Origin: Chlorokybus atmophyticus | Lineage: Eukaryota > Plantae > Mesostigma and Chlorokybus algae | Reading direction: 5' to 3' | DNA: 64,000 bases | NCBI GenBank assembly: GCA_009103225.1 | Contig: RHPI01001737.1 | Span: 864,091 to 928,090 of the forward strand | Part shown: positions 24,246 through 37,327 of the stretch, piece after piece | How the letters are laid out: each line of letters begins with the position of its first letter | How positions within the stretch are numbered: position 1 is the stretch's first letter | Made by a program: the position numbers and the translations under genes | The notes under the pieces: model-generated | Seen by the model: the letters and a program-made list of their open reading frames with translations, nothing else | Database searches by the model: none | What the model was told of the DNA's origin: nothing

Positions 24246-25410
24246 TGCTCGCAAAGCTGAAGACTACTACAGTACTTCATTACTATACGAGAAGTGTTGA
24301 TTCTTGCAAGCGGTTGCTTGCGTCATATGGTTGCTAGAGCTGTACTTGTAGGTTTATTCATTCATCAAAGTTGACAGTTGGCTTGAGTTAGACTCTGCTA
24401 GATGTGTGTACCATTGACGAGCTGTAGGTTCTAATAATAAGCAACAAGTTGCATACACGATTGATGATTTACGTGTCTTTGCCACTCTGCTCTGGCAAAT
24501 TCATGCTTCTCTAGTCGGTTCATGGATAATTGATTCTCTAACTGGGCGACCATGGTTTGCAAAACATTCAAGAAGAGCTAGTGTAGTTGAAAATATTGAA
24601 CGATATGCAATGGCATGCCACCACTGTACATCACATTGTGTTGGTTGAGCAGCAGCAAAGCAGCGTATATTTCTGAGTATATGACAATTTGTGACTTTTG
24701 ACGATGATGTGAGTGTCATCAATGTGACAGGGTATGGCAGCCACATGTTTGTACAACCAAAACGGCAGGTTGCTTTCTTTCTTTCTGAGTGGTATAAGCG
24801 AACCTGCAATGACGTGGTAACATTGATTGATTGATGACAAACGATACACTACTACTCTGTCTATTGAGTTGCACGACAGGCTTTGCAGGTGGAAGCTACA
24901 ACAGTGTTGAAACGCCACACACGTACGAAGGTATATCGTTCTGGGTGGCACTGGTGCATGTCCCCTGAAAGTGTTGTGTCGGACTGTTCTGACTCAGCTG
25001 TGCAGGAAGCCGACAAAGTAGTGAATGCGGTCAGTTTGGACAATGTGGACATGTTGTCGTAGGTGAAGTCGGTGTCGAGTGGTCGCACGCGCGTGTTGAG
25101 ACCCCGCTGTCATGGAGTCCACATCAGTGTCGGGGATGACGTGTGCATCGTCTCTGTGAGTAGATGTTGGGGTGGAGGCTTGATAGTGGTCGCTTGTTGT
25201 GTTGTCGTGTTGGTGTGGTCACACACGCTGGCCAAAGATGATGCTGGTCTGAGGACGCACCGGAGCAACAACTATCAAAGCCTCCTCCTTTTGCTGTTGA
25301 GATGTCTTTTGAGGTGGCCTTTGTGGTCCCAAGCACCTGGCAACGGCATGACCAAGCTGTGGTGTCAAGCAACATGCGCATCATACCACGCTAACAAGTG
25401 TTGACCATAA

Positions 25411-25411
<1 letters not shown>

Positions 25412-25443
<32 letters not shown>

Positions 25444-25444
25444 G
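25412..25444. repeat. (GTT)n microsatellite
   Basis: Uninterrupted TTG/GTT run. Confidence 0.9.
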
Positions 25445-27544
25445 CAGCTTAGTAGATGCGCACGGCTGCTTGGTGGCATCCCTTACCTGAGCGTACAGCA
25501 CCAGATCTTCAATTGCGCTGCTCTCAAGCTTCATCACGCTCCCTTCCACCACTTCTCCTCCTTCAACTCCCCCTCACCTCACCTTCTGCACACACCACGC
25601 TCCTCACACCCTCTCCACCCCCCCATATCCTCCATCACACAACAACCCAAACTCCTGTCTTGCGGCCGAGGGCGGATGCGGATGCGGCAGTGATAGCGTC
25701 ACCGGTCTAGCCGGAGAGGTAAGGCTAGGATGTGGCTGGAGAGGGTGTTAGCAGTGGTGCTGGCAGTGGTTGTGGTGGTGGCATCAGCAATGGTCATGGT
25801 GGCGATACTTGCACTGGTTCTGCATTGGTGTTAGTGCTGATGCTGGCACTGGTGCTGGTATAATATTAAGTCCCGGTATGAGAAGGAGCACAACTGGCAG
25901 TACTGGCACTGTGTAGCACCAGCACCAAGCAAGCACCACCAGAGTGCTGCTGCCACATTTGCTAATGCTGTTAGTGATTACTACTACCACAGGTAGCAGC
26001 TTCAGCACCAGCACTATCGGGCATGAAACACCGCTGCTACTGGTGCTGGCCGTGGTGGTGTTGATTATTACTACCAACCTGCAACTAGACCAATATGACC
26101 GCTGCTGCTGCCAGAGTAAGTACCACCATGACACTACCACCAGCAACAGTGGTTCCAGGATCAGTAGACACAGCAGATGTACACTGCCACCGTGTAAACA
26201 CAACAAGACCAACATCCCAGCGCAGCGATCACGGCGTCGAGCTCGGAACGGTAGGACTGCATCTGACGAGAGGAGGAGAGGTGGGATTGGTGGGTGGGTG
26301 TGGGGGGGGGGGGGNNNNNNNNNNNNNNNNNNNNNNNNNNNNNNNNNNNNNNNNNNNNNNNNNNNNNNNNGGGGGGGGGGGGGGGGGGGGGGGGGGGGTC
26401 TCCTGTTGGTGTGATGTGTTGGGGTGGATGTGTCTAGTACCTGATGTTTGAAGTGCTTGGCTGCGTGGACGAACTCGCGTGTGGATGGGAGCTTCTGACC
26501 CCCGCCTGCAGACGTGGCATAGGCTGAGTGTCACATGCCTGACATATTGGGCGGTAACATAGGGGTGAGCATGCACAAGCACATGCATGCTCGCGAGCAG
26601 ACAAGGCTGAGTATGCACGTAAGTCTCTTTTGAACTAGTACAGCAACATTCATCAGACATTGTAAGTGTGCATGTGACACACACGCACGCGCTCGCCAAC
26701 ATCCGTGTGCAAAATTGTGCACACACAACCAGACGCGCGCACACGCTCACGCTCGCATAGTGTCACATGTATACGCCCATCCAAACACATGCGCACGGCA
26801 TTTCCAGGCTCGACAACGGTACGGGTGGACTGGATAATGGCGTGCGCAAGCTGGAAATTAGCGGCGCAGGTTTGCCGGTAGTGTGGTACTGATGTTGCCA
26901 GTCAGTATGCTGGCTGATCGTTCAGTATTATATATCTGTGCAAATGCCCATGCCCGAGTTTACAAAATCTGATGACAATCTCGTGTATATGTACATTTGT
27001 GTACACATGCACACAAGCATACACATTTGTGCACACACATTCACATACAAACGCGAGCATATGCACGCGCATACTTCTTAAGATTCAGACATCAAACAAA
27101 ACATGCAGAAGGTTGGAGTCGCGTACAAAGGTTTGCGCAGGGTGTTAGCAGTATCATCCATCTTTAGAATTACTTTCTCCAACTGAGCAAGCTCGTTTGC
27201 AATGGGTACAGGCTTGTTTTGGATTCGCTGAACTTTGGTAGTCTGGTCAAGTACATGGAGTGCAGTGATTCATGAATGTTGCAATTGCCCACATGCCTGG
27301 CAGTTATTTGGCATTTAGCAACTTTCAAATGTAATATTCGCGGTTTTCCAGTACGAGTTGATTGGCATGCGACAGACAAGCGCAATGCAAGCAGGAAGCA
27401 GCCAACCATACCACACTCACACGCGAGTCATGCACTCAGATTTGCGATATTCTATTCCAACAGTTGCAATGTACAAGATTTACAGCGGGTGAGGCTACCG
27501 CACACCAAATCTACGCCTGCCAGCACAGTTTCAAGGGAGCTACT

Positions 27545-27911
27545 TCACTCCTCCTCCTCCTCCTCCTTGTCGTCCTCCTTGTCCTGCTTGCCCTCGTGCT
27601 TGCTGGGCTTCGTGTTCTCGTGAGACGCCTGGTAGGAGGTCGGCCTCCCACCCTGGGTGTACATGCCAGCCTTCTCAGGGTCCTCACCCCTCCTCTGTAC
27701 ACAGACAGGCAAGCAAGTGTGAGCTACAGTGTTGGTTTACGGTTGTCCAGAACACATATGGTGGTAAAGCTTGAACTTTGGTCACCTGTGCGGCCATCTC
27801 GTGGATGCGGTGGCCGCCCTTGGCGCCTCCGGCGCGGATGCGTTCCATGGGGTCGGCGGCGCTGGGCCTGTCGTTCTCGTCGTACTCGTGCTTCAGGTCA
27901 GACTCCGACAT
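27545..27911 (-). CDS. Small hydrophilin paralogue, KGG-like (91 aa; exons 27911-27786, 27694-27545)
   Basis: Reads MSESDLKHEYDENDRPSAADPMERIRAGGAKGGHRIHEMAAQ^RRGEDPE..DKEEEEE*. A likely 5'UTR intron has its GTAAGC donor at ~28167, and TATATAAA lies on the minus strand at ~28220. Confidence 0.8.
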
Positions 27912-28440
27912 GGTTGGTTGGCTTTATCGACTAGTCTTGGCGCTACAGAATCACTGCGAAGGCAAGGTAAACACAGGTGAAGTACTAGTAACTCGTGCCC
28001 GTGTCGAATGATAGCAAGCACGCTGGTACCATGCATTGGCCGCATGCTGTTGCACAACAGTGTAGAGAGCAATTGAAGAGGGAGGGGGCCCGTGCATGCG
28101 TATAAAACCGAATGCCTTTACCATGTGCCTCAACCAAACACCCACACATGCATAGCACTATGGCTTACCTTGCGGGGCGACGCTCAAACTTGCACTGGCA
28201 AGGGTGTGGGAGGCAGCTGTTTATATATCAGCTACCCGCTACCCTGCGTGGCTGCAAGCCATGGGTGAGCCCAACGTGTATGGGCACGGGGCCTAGGCAT
28301 GGGGCACGGCTCCCGGGTCCAACGGGCCTGCCATTGGGATCCGATCCATCCATGCCATGGTGGCCCAACCCATGGTGCGCGCCGCCTCGTCAACATCAGC
28401 ATTGTTCTTGGCGGTAACGGCCAAGACCCCTGAGCAGCGA

Positions 28441-28499
28441 GCCACGTGGTACGCATGCGCTTAAGGTCGTCCCGGCTGACGTCAGAGGGCAGACGTGGC
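28441..28499. promoter_or_regulatory. ACGT-element cluster (G-box, C-box, ABRE) upstream of the minus-strand hydrophilin
   Basis: GCCACGTG at 28441, TGACGTCA at 28477 and ACGTGGC at 28493, all within 60 bp. Confidence 0.5.
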
Positions 28500-30425
28500 G
28501 GCCTGCGTGCGCCATGCTATACTGTGTCCGACGGATAATGCACGACCGAACGGGCCTTCAATGAGGCCGAGGCTGCCGCCGCTGCCCGCGGCCTTGCCAC
28601 TGCTGCTAGCCCGATCCGATCTGGTCTCATGTGTTGACGAGACCCGCCCCGCGCGCCCTCTCTCTCTCTCTCTCTCTCTGCAATTGTGCATATGATATGG
28701 CCGACGTTTGAGGTGACATTGTGAAGCACTCAATACCAGCACATGGAAGATGCATGAGAAGTTGATCATCGATGCATAGTAAGCATCTGAATGATATTCA
28801 TACATAGCGTCACGAATGCTTAATACAGACACAATGGTGCAATAAAACAAATTTATTTTTACAATTATTTATCATTCATGTGCCGACTTAACACACCCAA
28901 TTAAGTGCAGATTAAAAAGTACATGTCAACAATCAAAATACCTTTATAATATCATGCATAAATACATCTTTATGAAAGCTAGCAGTAGACTAATCACGAA
29001 GTTATTACACTTACTGTGCTCGATGTTGCAATCAGCAATTCATTGCTCGATTGCTCGATTGCTCAATATCAAATAAGCTTGTCATTGATAATGTTATCAC
29101 TTTGCATCATGATACATTTGGGATCAATTGATTATATGTAGACTTGATCAATATTACGTGATAAACAGCGTGAACGGAATTAGCTCGTACAATATAAGAT
29201 GTTTTTAATATGATCACGATGCTATGTAAATCAAGGTTTTGATGCATTGGTATGCATTGTTAACATGATGACGCACTGCTTGCACACATTGCACAAACTA
29301 TGCTTGCAACTTGCAAGCATGCTTTGTGCGATGTCATGCATACGGTATGCATGACACCGTGCGCACTCAATTAATATCGATATTGGGCAGGATTGGGCCA
29401 ACCACACAGGGTTGGCTCAAACTATTCTTCCAACAACATACTGGCATGACTTATATAATGGTACCATAATATTGAGTAGCCTACACATGCACATGTGTGC
29501 TAAGTAGATTTATAAGTGCCATAAAAAAACATGCACTTTTCACTTGTTGAAGCAAATGCACTTTCATCTGCGGTATGTACGGATTCCACCGTCAATAGAG
29601 AGTGATCTTCAGAGCAGCAGCTTTTCGTAAGTTGCGTACTTACATATCAGAACACACGCTCTTTGAGGCTCAGACCCCGACGACGTGGCTATCTGATCTC
29701 TGGTGACTAAAAACCCGCGCCCCCTACACAGATCTCGGCGCCGGAATGAAGCTCGCGCGCGCCTTCCACAAGTTGTCATTCAACGCCTGCGATTGACCCG
29801 CGAATGCACTACCACGGCTCTGACGTCAACAATAGCTCACACCTCTTTCGTACTCGTCACCTCTGTCGTACTCGCGCGCGCTCTAAAGCTTGGGGGGCAG
29901 CGCTGACGCGGCGACTGCGCGTCGGATTGCCGCCCTGCGCGCCTACCAGTCACTCGACATGGTTGAGGCCTTGCTTGCGGCGGTGATGGCTGCTCTGGCT
30001 GGTACAGAGCCAGGCTCCATCAACGGCGTGGATGAAGCGCACTGGGAATAGTCATGTGCATTTGGGGTTAGAAGCTGCATGCCAATGCGTCCCCGTCCGT
30101 CACGCATGCACACGGCAAGGGTGACGGTCAATCTGCCTGCTATATCCATCGTCTTGCCAGCTGGCAGCAGGCGGATCCAGCCCCACCCGGATTTGCACAT
30201 CCTGCGCTCACGTCGCCACGCCTCTCCCCTCGAGGCCAGAGCTGTGGGCCACGACGGTTAGGAGGTTGCGAGTGCATGTGCTGCAACACAGGAGTCACAG
30301 CATTCCGTGGCGTAGTTGGTGGTGCAGTAAGCAGGCGCTTGTAAGCTGCTTTAGTTGATCGGTGAGTGTGCGTGCGTAGCGTGTGCCCCTTTCCCTTTGC
30401 TTGCTTGCTTGCTTGCCAGCTAGTC

Positions 30426-31225
30426 ATGGCGGACTACTCGGACGGACCGGCGGCCGCTGCCAAGGCGAGGCACGCCAACGAGCACAGAGAGGTGCCTATC
30501 GGCGACGTCCCCGCCATCAACCCCGGCGGCAAAGGACCCGAATTCGTCAACCCGGAGAAAATTAGTAAGTTTTGGTCGGTGTGCCGAGCCTCAAAATAGT
30601 CAGAGCAAAGCTGTTGAGTGGTTCGTGGATTTGTCGTCAAGCATGCACCACGTAATGCATGAAGGTTTCCCTGCAATTTGCATGTTGTTGGTTGCGCACT
30701 GCACGCACGCCTCCTGTGCAGTGCATGATAATCTCCTGCACATGCGAGCATGGTGCGTCACCAGTACACGACGTTTTCGCTGACTGAGCTTCAACTCACA
30801 TCGTGTCTTCTACAGCGTTTGCTGGCATTGGCGAGGAGCTGAAGCAGGAGTACGTTTCAGAGGAAGCGCCCGGCGACTCAGAGTACACTCCTGAGTCCGA
30901 CCCCACAGCCCGAGTCAGCAAGAAAGACATGGAGGTAACCGCAAGTCCGTTGACCAGACAATAACTGTGTGCCTTACTCGTCACCTGCATGACTAAACCC
31001 ACCACAACAAGTTACTTGTCGCAAACATATTGCATTAGTTACTGTGGATGTCCAGTCTGTTCTGCAGCTGATTTCGGTTGATGCTTGCAGCTGCCCGAGG
31101 ACAGGATGGATGCTTCCCTCCAGGAGGATAAGAAGGACTTGGAGAGCTCTGATCAGGTTGACCCTGATGCTGAGGCACGTGCACGCGCTGAGGATACAAC
31201 CTTCCCGCCGCCAGGCGAAGAGTAG
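30426..31225 (+). CDS. Acidic, probably disordered protein of unknown function (130 aa; exons 30426-30564, 30816-30934, 31091-31225)
   Basis: Two canonical introns (GTAAGT..TACAG, GTAACC..TGCAG) join in frame. The product is D/E/P/A-rich with no hydrophobic core. Confidence 0.75.
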
Positions 31226-32239
31226 GCAAAGGTAGCAGAGCGCTCAGCTTTGTAGGTGCTGTAGCATGCGCATGTCCATAACTTCCGTCCTTGTGTACAG
31301 ACGTTGTAGAACACTGCTAGTGTCAGTAGGTAGTGTAGGCTGTTAATGTGTAACAGCGTCAGTTGCTGTGCAGTCTGTTCGCTGAACATATCAACGTGCA
31401 TGGTGGGCAGGATAAACTCATGTGCAATTGCAGCATAAGGCAAAACCAATAATGCTGCTACTCTGGCAAACTGCGTTGGAATGCAATTTGCCAGTGTATG
31501 TAGTGTAGTGATGATGTTTGAGCGAAATAAACTAATCTAGGAGTCGGTACATGCATTGCACTGACACTTTGGTAACAACTGCTACCCGCTCCTGCGTTTG
31601 TTCCATGCCTTTCTGCACATGATGCAACTTCCCTTGTGACATGGAAAGAGCCTAAACCAGGTTTTTAATCTGAGGTAAAAGTACGCACAGAACCCTCTCC
31701 CCCTTCCCCGCGGGCTTTCTCTTGCCCCTGCAGCTGGGAAGTTATCCCCCAGCTTGATTCATATCTGTGGATAAAAATGAGTATATATGACCTTATTATC
31801 TGACTCGAAGCTTTCTATTACACGGGCTCAACCCCACACTCAACCACGTTGTCATATATACTGAGACAACTATACAGCAAAGCCATTTTAGATATGCTCT
31901 TCTCCCTACATACATGAAAACGAAGATTTGCATGCGAGTTCCGCCTCTTTGCACACGATATTTGCGTAATAGCTGCTTATCTTCTCAAGGTCATATTCGC
32001 GCAAATCTGCTGCACTCCCTGCATCCAGTGCAGCTTTGCGGTACCATTCAGACATACTGTATAGAGACATGCTGGTGTGACCCTGGCAACACCAGGGCCT
32101 CATGCTTGTGATGTCATATGCATGTGGGTCTGTTACACAAAACAGCACGCAACAAGCAGCGAAACAACCAAATGCACGCAACTCAGTGCAGTGTCACCAA
32201 GTGCAATGTATGGCCCGGGTATGTTACACAAAAATGGCT

Positions 32240-35200
32240 TCATGCAGTGATCTGAAAGCTAGCAAGCAGATCTGCAATTTGCACCTCATAAACCCCAGCA
32301 TCTACAGTCCACTGTCCGTCAGCGCTCCAGTAATGAAAGTCTCGAGTGCCCAAGGTGAAGTTAACGTCCCGGCTCTCGCCAACAGCGAACGAAAACTTGT
32401 CAAACCCGCGCAGGCGCTTCGTCTCCGGCGTTATGCGCCGATACTCCTGTCTCAAGAACAATAGGACAGCATGCTGCCCGACATACGGCCCTCTGTTTGT
32501 AACACTCACTGTGACAGTTAAGCTGCCACTGCGTGTTATGCTCTTTGTGGACAGCTTCAGGCTGCTGTAAGAGAAGGCGGAATAGCTGTAACCGGTACCA
32601 AAGGCGAACTCCGGTTGGCAGTCGATGTAAACAAAGGGCACGTCCGCGTCGATGCACTTCTGCGATGGCTTGTGGTAGTACGTCATCGGCATGTCTCCGG
32701 CGTTCTTTGGGTACGTGTAAGGCAGTCTCCCACTTGGGTTGGCCGTCCCGAACAAGACGTCCGCGACGGCTTGCCCGCCATCGGGCCCAGGCAGACCCGC
32801 AATGATGACCGCCTCGGCACTGTCTATGCTACCGTGCAGCAAGCGCGGCCGGCCTTGGATCAGTACCACAACCACGGGAGTGCCAGTGTCTCCCAGCCTC
32901 TTGGCCAATGCGCGCTGGCCTTCGGGCAAATCCAGTGTGGACGTGTCTCCAGGCTTCTCAGCATAGCTTTTCTCTCCCAGACACAGTATCACCACATCGG
33001 CATCAGCTGCGGCATTGACAGTGTCTTGCGTGTCCTCATCGCGTGCCACACCGTTCATGTCACACCCTGGCTTGTACTCAACCGCTATCGCCTCACCCGC
33101 CTGCTTGCGTATGCCTTTCAGAACTGTTGTACCATATCTGAACATCTGCTCACTCTTGGACCCTTGCCATGCGAAGGTCCAGCCACCAGTTTGGTTGGTG
33201 ATCGAATCTGCTGTCGGCCCTACAACTAGGATCCTGTCGATCCTGTCTTTGTGCAGCGGGAGGATGTTGTTGTTTCTGGCCAACACAATCGACTGCGTTG
33301 CAATGTCAAGAGCCGAAGCTCTATCGACAGCACTGCCGACGCTTAGCAACACCTCGTTTGATAGTTTCGGCACGGGGTTGTCAAAAAGTCCCAAAGTCTT
33401 CTTGAGCTGCAACACGCGCGCGACGGACGTGTCAAGCCGATCCAGACCGATTGTCTTGTTCTTGACCAGGTCCAACATGAACTTGCAAAATGTCACGTCA
33501 AGCGGAACCATAGACATGTCAATGGAAGTGTCCTCCATTGCGATGCGAACGGCTTCTTGCTGAGTTGCCGCCACTTTGTGCCACTGCAACCAATACAGGT
33601 GAAGATTGTCAGGCATGTTGGGACACATTCAAAGCATGTTCTATTTGAAATGTCAACCATATAATGTGCAGCTTGCAATGTGGTCTATGAATGTCCGACG
33701 CGCGAACATACTGGCATGCGCAAATACCTTATTAAGGTTCTCAATCTCCGCCCAGTCTGTTACCAGCATGCCCTGTCAAGTGCATTAGACATCAGCTGAA
33801 AAGTCTATAAAAACCATCGTCTGTACCATTGTGACAAACGCACCTTGAACCCGAGCGCGTCCCTGAGTAGTTCCTTTAAGTATTGCCTGGAGGAGCTGAC
33901 AGGCTCGCCGCCGATCTCGTTGTAGCTGCTCATGGCAGTTGCAACACCCGCATCAATAGCCTCCGCAAAGGGAGGTACGTAGTACTGCATCAGGTGCTGC
34001 TCTGGTATCCACGCAGGCCCACGATCGTGCCCAGCAAGCGAATTTGAGTAACCTATGCAGGAATGTGTCAAGCAGTGTTCCTTGCACATGCAACACGCAG
34101 TTAGCAATATGAGAGCTTATGTACATACCGACAAAGTGCTTTGCGCATGCGGCCACGGACGCACCATCCGCCATGGATTCACCCTGAAGAGAAGACAAGT
34201 TCATTCAAGACAACTTGGCAATACAGCTTGTATGCTTGACCAGACTGCATTGTATACGCACTGACAGCAAAGGTTGTTCCGGTGAATGCGTATAGCGCCA
34301 ATACCTGCATTCCAGTCACAATTGCGCGCCCCATCTGTGCTGCCACATACGGGTCTTCACCAAATGTCTCATAGAAGCGCGGCCACGTTGGCTGCGTCGC
34401 TATGTCCAAGATAGGGGCAAAGTTCCACTTGATGCCCGCAGCAGCGGTGTCTTTCGCAGTCACTTGCCCCTACCAAGCTGCAACTTAGAACAGTCACGTG
34501 CACGTGCAACATTGCCACCACACGCTTAAGAGGAATAGTATAGAGCACAACTGGTGGAAGCAACAACTGCCTCACCTGTAGCTGCACTGATGATCTGTTG
34601 AATGTCGCAGCGCAATTGATCTGCTGCGGAAACAATGTAGCATCCAGTATGTAGTTGGCTCCGTGCACAGAGTCAATGCCATACACGACAGGTATCTTTG
34701 CCCCGACGCCTAAGGCTACTGCTTGCAAGTCTGTAACCACTTTACGCCATTCGGATGCTGTCATTGGTAGGCGAGCTGCGAATGATTACTATGAGACCCG
34801 CGACTCACACATGAGTACACAATGTGAGACCTAATCTGTGTAACACATTACCTCCTCCAGCAGATGGCGAGTTCAGTATACTCCCAACAAAGTAGGGCGA
34901 GCCTATGAATTTGCGTGCTTTTTCTGTATCAAAGTGGCCGGCAATGTCGCTGTCATTGTCAGTGGACCACAGCATGCTGATGGCCAGCTGCGTCATCTGA
35001 CCAATCTTCTGCTCGAGAGTGAGCTGCTTCACCAAATCAGAGACGTCCTCATCAATGCCATCCGCCCTGTCCGCTGCGCCGACATCTCCCCCATAACGCG
35101 ATGTCAACCTGATCACCTTTGTCGCGTGAGGCTTTTCCACTGCAATACCCGCCCAGTAACCCAACGCAAAGGCCAGCACCAAACCCAACACCGCTGCGGT

Positions 35201-35383
35201 GATCAACGGCCATCCGAGCTCCTGCACGAAGGCATGCATCCGCTTGTTGTTGATATCAGAGCACGAACATGCAATACACCATTGAGAAGCAGTCACCCGT
35301 GTGCATGCCTGGATGGTGCTCAGCATGTTGTGGCGTCTCGTGTGGCGTCGTCTACTGCGTGTGGTGCCGCTTTCACCGGCCAT
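32240..35383 (-). CDS. Glycoside hydrolase family 3 beta-glucosidase with N-terminal membrane anchor and C-terminal Fn3-like domain
   Basis: Motifs LTLEQKIGQMTQL, YGIDSVHGANY, WNFAPILD..WPRFYETFGEDPY, ACAKHF, MSSYNE, the nucleophile VTDW (~33755) and NPSGRLPYTYP. Multi-exon; the start is tentative. Confidence 0.93.
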
Positions 35384-36083
35384 TAGCTGAGCATGGTCGT
35401 CATCTGAAGGTGAGCACAAATGTTCAGTGCTTGGAAGAAGAGAGAAGCTCTCACCATGACAATGAGCTTGCGATAGCACAGTACAATGCCAACTCTACTG
35501 CAACAATGCTAGTGCTCCTTCTTGCCTTGTAGACTGCTACTTAGTGCTCAAAATCATATACGCACGACAGCAGTACTGCCTTTGCCACGCAAAAGCTGCC
35601 TTCCACTGCATACCTCGTGCTTGCGGGCGGGCGGAGGTATGCAGTGAAAGAAAGCTGTGTCATGCAAGCAGGCACAACATTCTTGTGAGCAACAACTTGT
35701 TTACATAGCCATGGCGTTGACTGATCCTACGCAGGAAGCATAGTGCACATGTCAACTCACCTTCTTCAATGCCAAACGCTGGCGGCATCCGCTCTTAAAA
35801 CCGCAGCTAGCATGAGAGAAGAAGCAGCGGAAGCTCTAGTAGCCCTGCCTGGGGCTTCGCTTGCAGTCAAACCCAGAGGCGCTGAAGGCAGACCACCAAC
35901 TACAATGCTTGCTAGCGGTCAACACTTAGCAGGAAACAACAGCGATCCCACCGCCAGCACCGTCGTCGCCGTCGCCAGCACCCTCACCCATGCCACTGAC
36001 CAGGTCAGGATTGTACATGTTGTGCAAGCTTTGGTCGTTGTGAAACTCACACTTGTGACAAGAGTTCAAGCTGCCGTTGCCGT

Positions 36084-36620
36084 CCGATGGAGCATGTGCA
36101 AGTCGATGGATCCGGGCAGCAACGACAAACTAGAGCCTTGAGTTGTAATTGACATTTGTTTGCTTGAGATTGCTTAGAATTGCACGACACAAATTTTTTT
36201 CCTAATTTCACTTTTTAATATTGCCATTGGTGTTTATAACAAGACATGCTTGCACGCAATGCCATCCTACACATATATTGAATCATGATGATGGAGTATG
36301 GATTATGCGCACGTAATCAATCTCTTAAACCTTAATCACCACCTATGCCGATGGAGCATATGCACGTCGATGGATCCGGGCAGCAACAACATATGGGTAC
36401 AACTTAAAGCCTTGAGTTGTACTTGACACTTGTTTGCTTGAAATTGCTTAGCGTTTCTTACGACAAAAATTTTTGTTCCGAATTCTGTTTCGGTTTTTGA
36501 TATTGCAATTGGTGTTATAACGAGACATGCTTGCACGCAATGCCATCCCACACATATTGAATCGTGATGATGGAGTATAGATTGTGCGCACGTAATCTAT
36601 TTGTTAAAGCTTAATCGCCC
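36084..36620. repeat. Diverged tandem duplication, period 264 bp
   Basis: CCGATGGAGCAT..GTCGATGGATCCGGGCAGCAAC..GCCTTGAGTTGTA..GACATGCTTGCACGCAATGCCATCC..GCGCACGTAATC occurs at 36084 and 36348. Confidence 0.9.
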
Positions 36621-37327
36621 AAAAGGTTTATGAAGCGGACCATCATGCCTTTGGCCACTGCTGCTGAGTGCGTCTAATGCGTGAACCTAGTAGGTTGTAC
36701 TTTCTTGTTATAGTTTTGTAATCATCGAAGAGAGGGTGATGGGTCCTAGAATAAGCAAAGTTAGTTGCTAAAAATGTCAAGTAACTTTGCAGCTATTAGA
36801 GCATTGTATTTGGTGTTATTATTATTTAGGTTTGTGCAGCCCGTCCCAACATACGCATTAAATGAGGAAGCTTGCAAAACATGTGCAGCTTCGAAGACAA
36901 TGCAAGTAAGGCATGAAGTTGATGCAATGAGCGTGAGGACATTGGGCATTGTTTGCAGTTCAAGGGTTATGCATTGCAAACATTAACAACACGCGACGAC
37001 ACATAGTGAGCAGACTTGGTCAGTATGCCAAACGGTGATGGTGAATGACGAAACCATAATCTTCTTGCAGGTGTCGAATGCGTGTCAAGGGATTGAGAAC
37101 ACAGAAGGAGGACCATCAACTGTTGAATGTGCTCTGCTTGAGAGACACCTTGCGAAATTGTGCCCCCCCCCCTAAGGCAAAACCANNNNNNNNNNNNNNN
37201 NNNNNNNNNNNNNNNNNNNNNNNNNNNNNNNNNCACCACCACCACCGCCCCCCCCGGCGGGCGCGCGCGCGCGCGCACTGTACTTGTGTGGGCAATGCCA
37301 ATATACAGCGTGCGACCCTCTACACTG

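Noticed and set aside
25740-26215. ORFs with Leu/Val or Thr/Ser runs resembling membrane proteins
   Set aside because: Products of low-complexity trinucleotide-rich DNA; no splice-consistent gene.
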